64,000 nt of DNA from contig JADEYG010000007.1 of NCBI GenBank assembly GCA_016906335.1, positions 1,798,001 to 1,862,000 of the forward strand. Direction: 5' to 3'. The translations under genes and the position numbers were made by a program. Position 1 is the first letter of the stretch. Each line of letters starts with the position of its first letter. The notes beneath the pieces were generated by a model, which did no database searches, was not told the DNA's origin, and saw nothing but the letters and a program-made list of their open reading frames with translations. Positions 62,763 through 64,000 of this stretch are shown piece after piece. The stretch is from Novakomyces olei. Taxonomy: Eukaryota.

Positions 62763-64000
62763 TTGTTTAATTGAATGCCTGCGCGAGTTGACACAAAAGG
62801 AACCAATTTTTAAAAGAAGTCAATCGCCCGCAAATATGTATTTGGCTGCAATTGCCGCTAAATATGAATTCGGGTTTGTTTGCCTCGTACTCCACGATAT
62901 GAGACGTCTGTATCTACCGCGATGTGTTGAGGCTTTAGACCAGCGTATTCATGGCACGGACTGAGAGATATTTGCATACGGCGGATCCAATTGTTCGGAA
63001 TGGTGAAGGGCACAGAAGGGATGGATCGCAATTAAATATATCGTCTCGTCAAGCTATCTCTGTAGTATTGGAAAACATTTTAACATTGACCGATAAGTCA
63101 CTTGCGACACAATAGGAGTTCCGATTAGTAGATACCCCCATTTACGGAACGTATGAGAAATAGCTTGATGCACATCAGAGACATTTTATGACGCGGGCAT
63201 GACTCTCAAAAATCTCACTTTCCACCGGGTTTTCCTATTTGGGGCTATGTCTCAGACACTTTTGAGACATACATAAGCAATGTTGCTGATTTGGAGCAAC
63301 GGTGATTATGAACGGGTCCCGTTTGGGAGGATGGCTTTGCTACTCACATTTTTTAGGAAACGCTGTGTGCCCTTAATATCGCTTGAATATATTGCGCAGC
63401 TGTCTAACGGCAAGTAAATTGAGAATTGGGGCAATTTTGAGGGAGCTCAAGACTGCTTTTACAACTTGCTACGTATTTGGCAGCTTTGCTTTGACGTGGT
63501 GGCTTTTCCGTATTATTATGAAGTCTTTTTGTTCTGGCCTTTTCGAATTTATCTCTATTCTTCGTTAACAACCTAGATTTTCCCATGTGATAGATAGCCT
63601 TGTATCCCAGATAGCATCTACGCTAATTTAAGAACAATGTGCCCATAAATGCCGTAGATTTGTGGTGATAAGACGCTTGAGTTGTTTGACCACTTCTAGG
63701 CTCCCCGCCACATCAACAATGAAAGTGGCGTATTCTACGTTTTGGAACTCACGTTATCCCCCCCCATATCCTCAAAGGTTTATTCACACAATATATTTCT
63801 AACTTGAAAGCACGCCTTCTTGATAGATGAAGCGCACAGTCTTTTTTTAGCAGCGTGCGTGAAAGGGGTAAAAATAACAATAAATCTGTAATAGAAGTAC
63901 ATCTGTACATAAGTAAATAAGTACATCTTTAGAATTATCATGAGTGGCTGCATAAAAGTATCCAATAATAGCCTTTATACATTATCCAAAAGGGACATGC

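Noticed and set aside
62770-64000. Short ORFs and the ATGTCTCA...TGAGACAT hairpin upstream of the Myb gene
   Set aside because: No recognisable coding or RNA motif; probably promoter or intergenic DNA

Overview
Fungal genomic DNA with introns, probably a basal ascomycete (Taphrinomycotina-like). This is an inference from a CSL-family transcription factor, a Homol D box upstream of RACK1 and frequent AAG splice acceptors. Two gene-dense blocks (about 1-36.8 kb and 56.5-62.8 kb) hold RACK1 with an intronic U24-like snoRNA, MAK21/NOC1, a five-gene cluster (amino-acid permease, CE4 deacetylase, amidase, SDR, C2H2 TF), a But2-type secreted protein, a PLC-like protein, an F-box/LRR protein, CSL, a kelch membrane protein, DPH3 (absent from the ORF track), ILV5, RCM1-like, SSADH, dihydroorotase and a Myb TF. 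Between them lies a 19.5 kb AT-rich domain with no recognisable host gene, which I interpret as a candidate centromere or heterochromatin block. It contains a foldback inverted-repeat element, three decayed Ty1/copia elements (one full-length with a Ty5-type PBS), a young solo-LTR family with TA...CA ends, a 1.2 kb extremely AT-rich insert flanked by a 15 bp duplication, and a probable LINE remnant. All family calls come from motifs read by eye; no searches were run.
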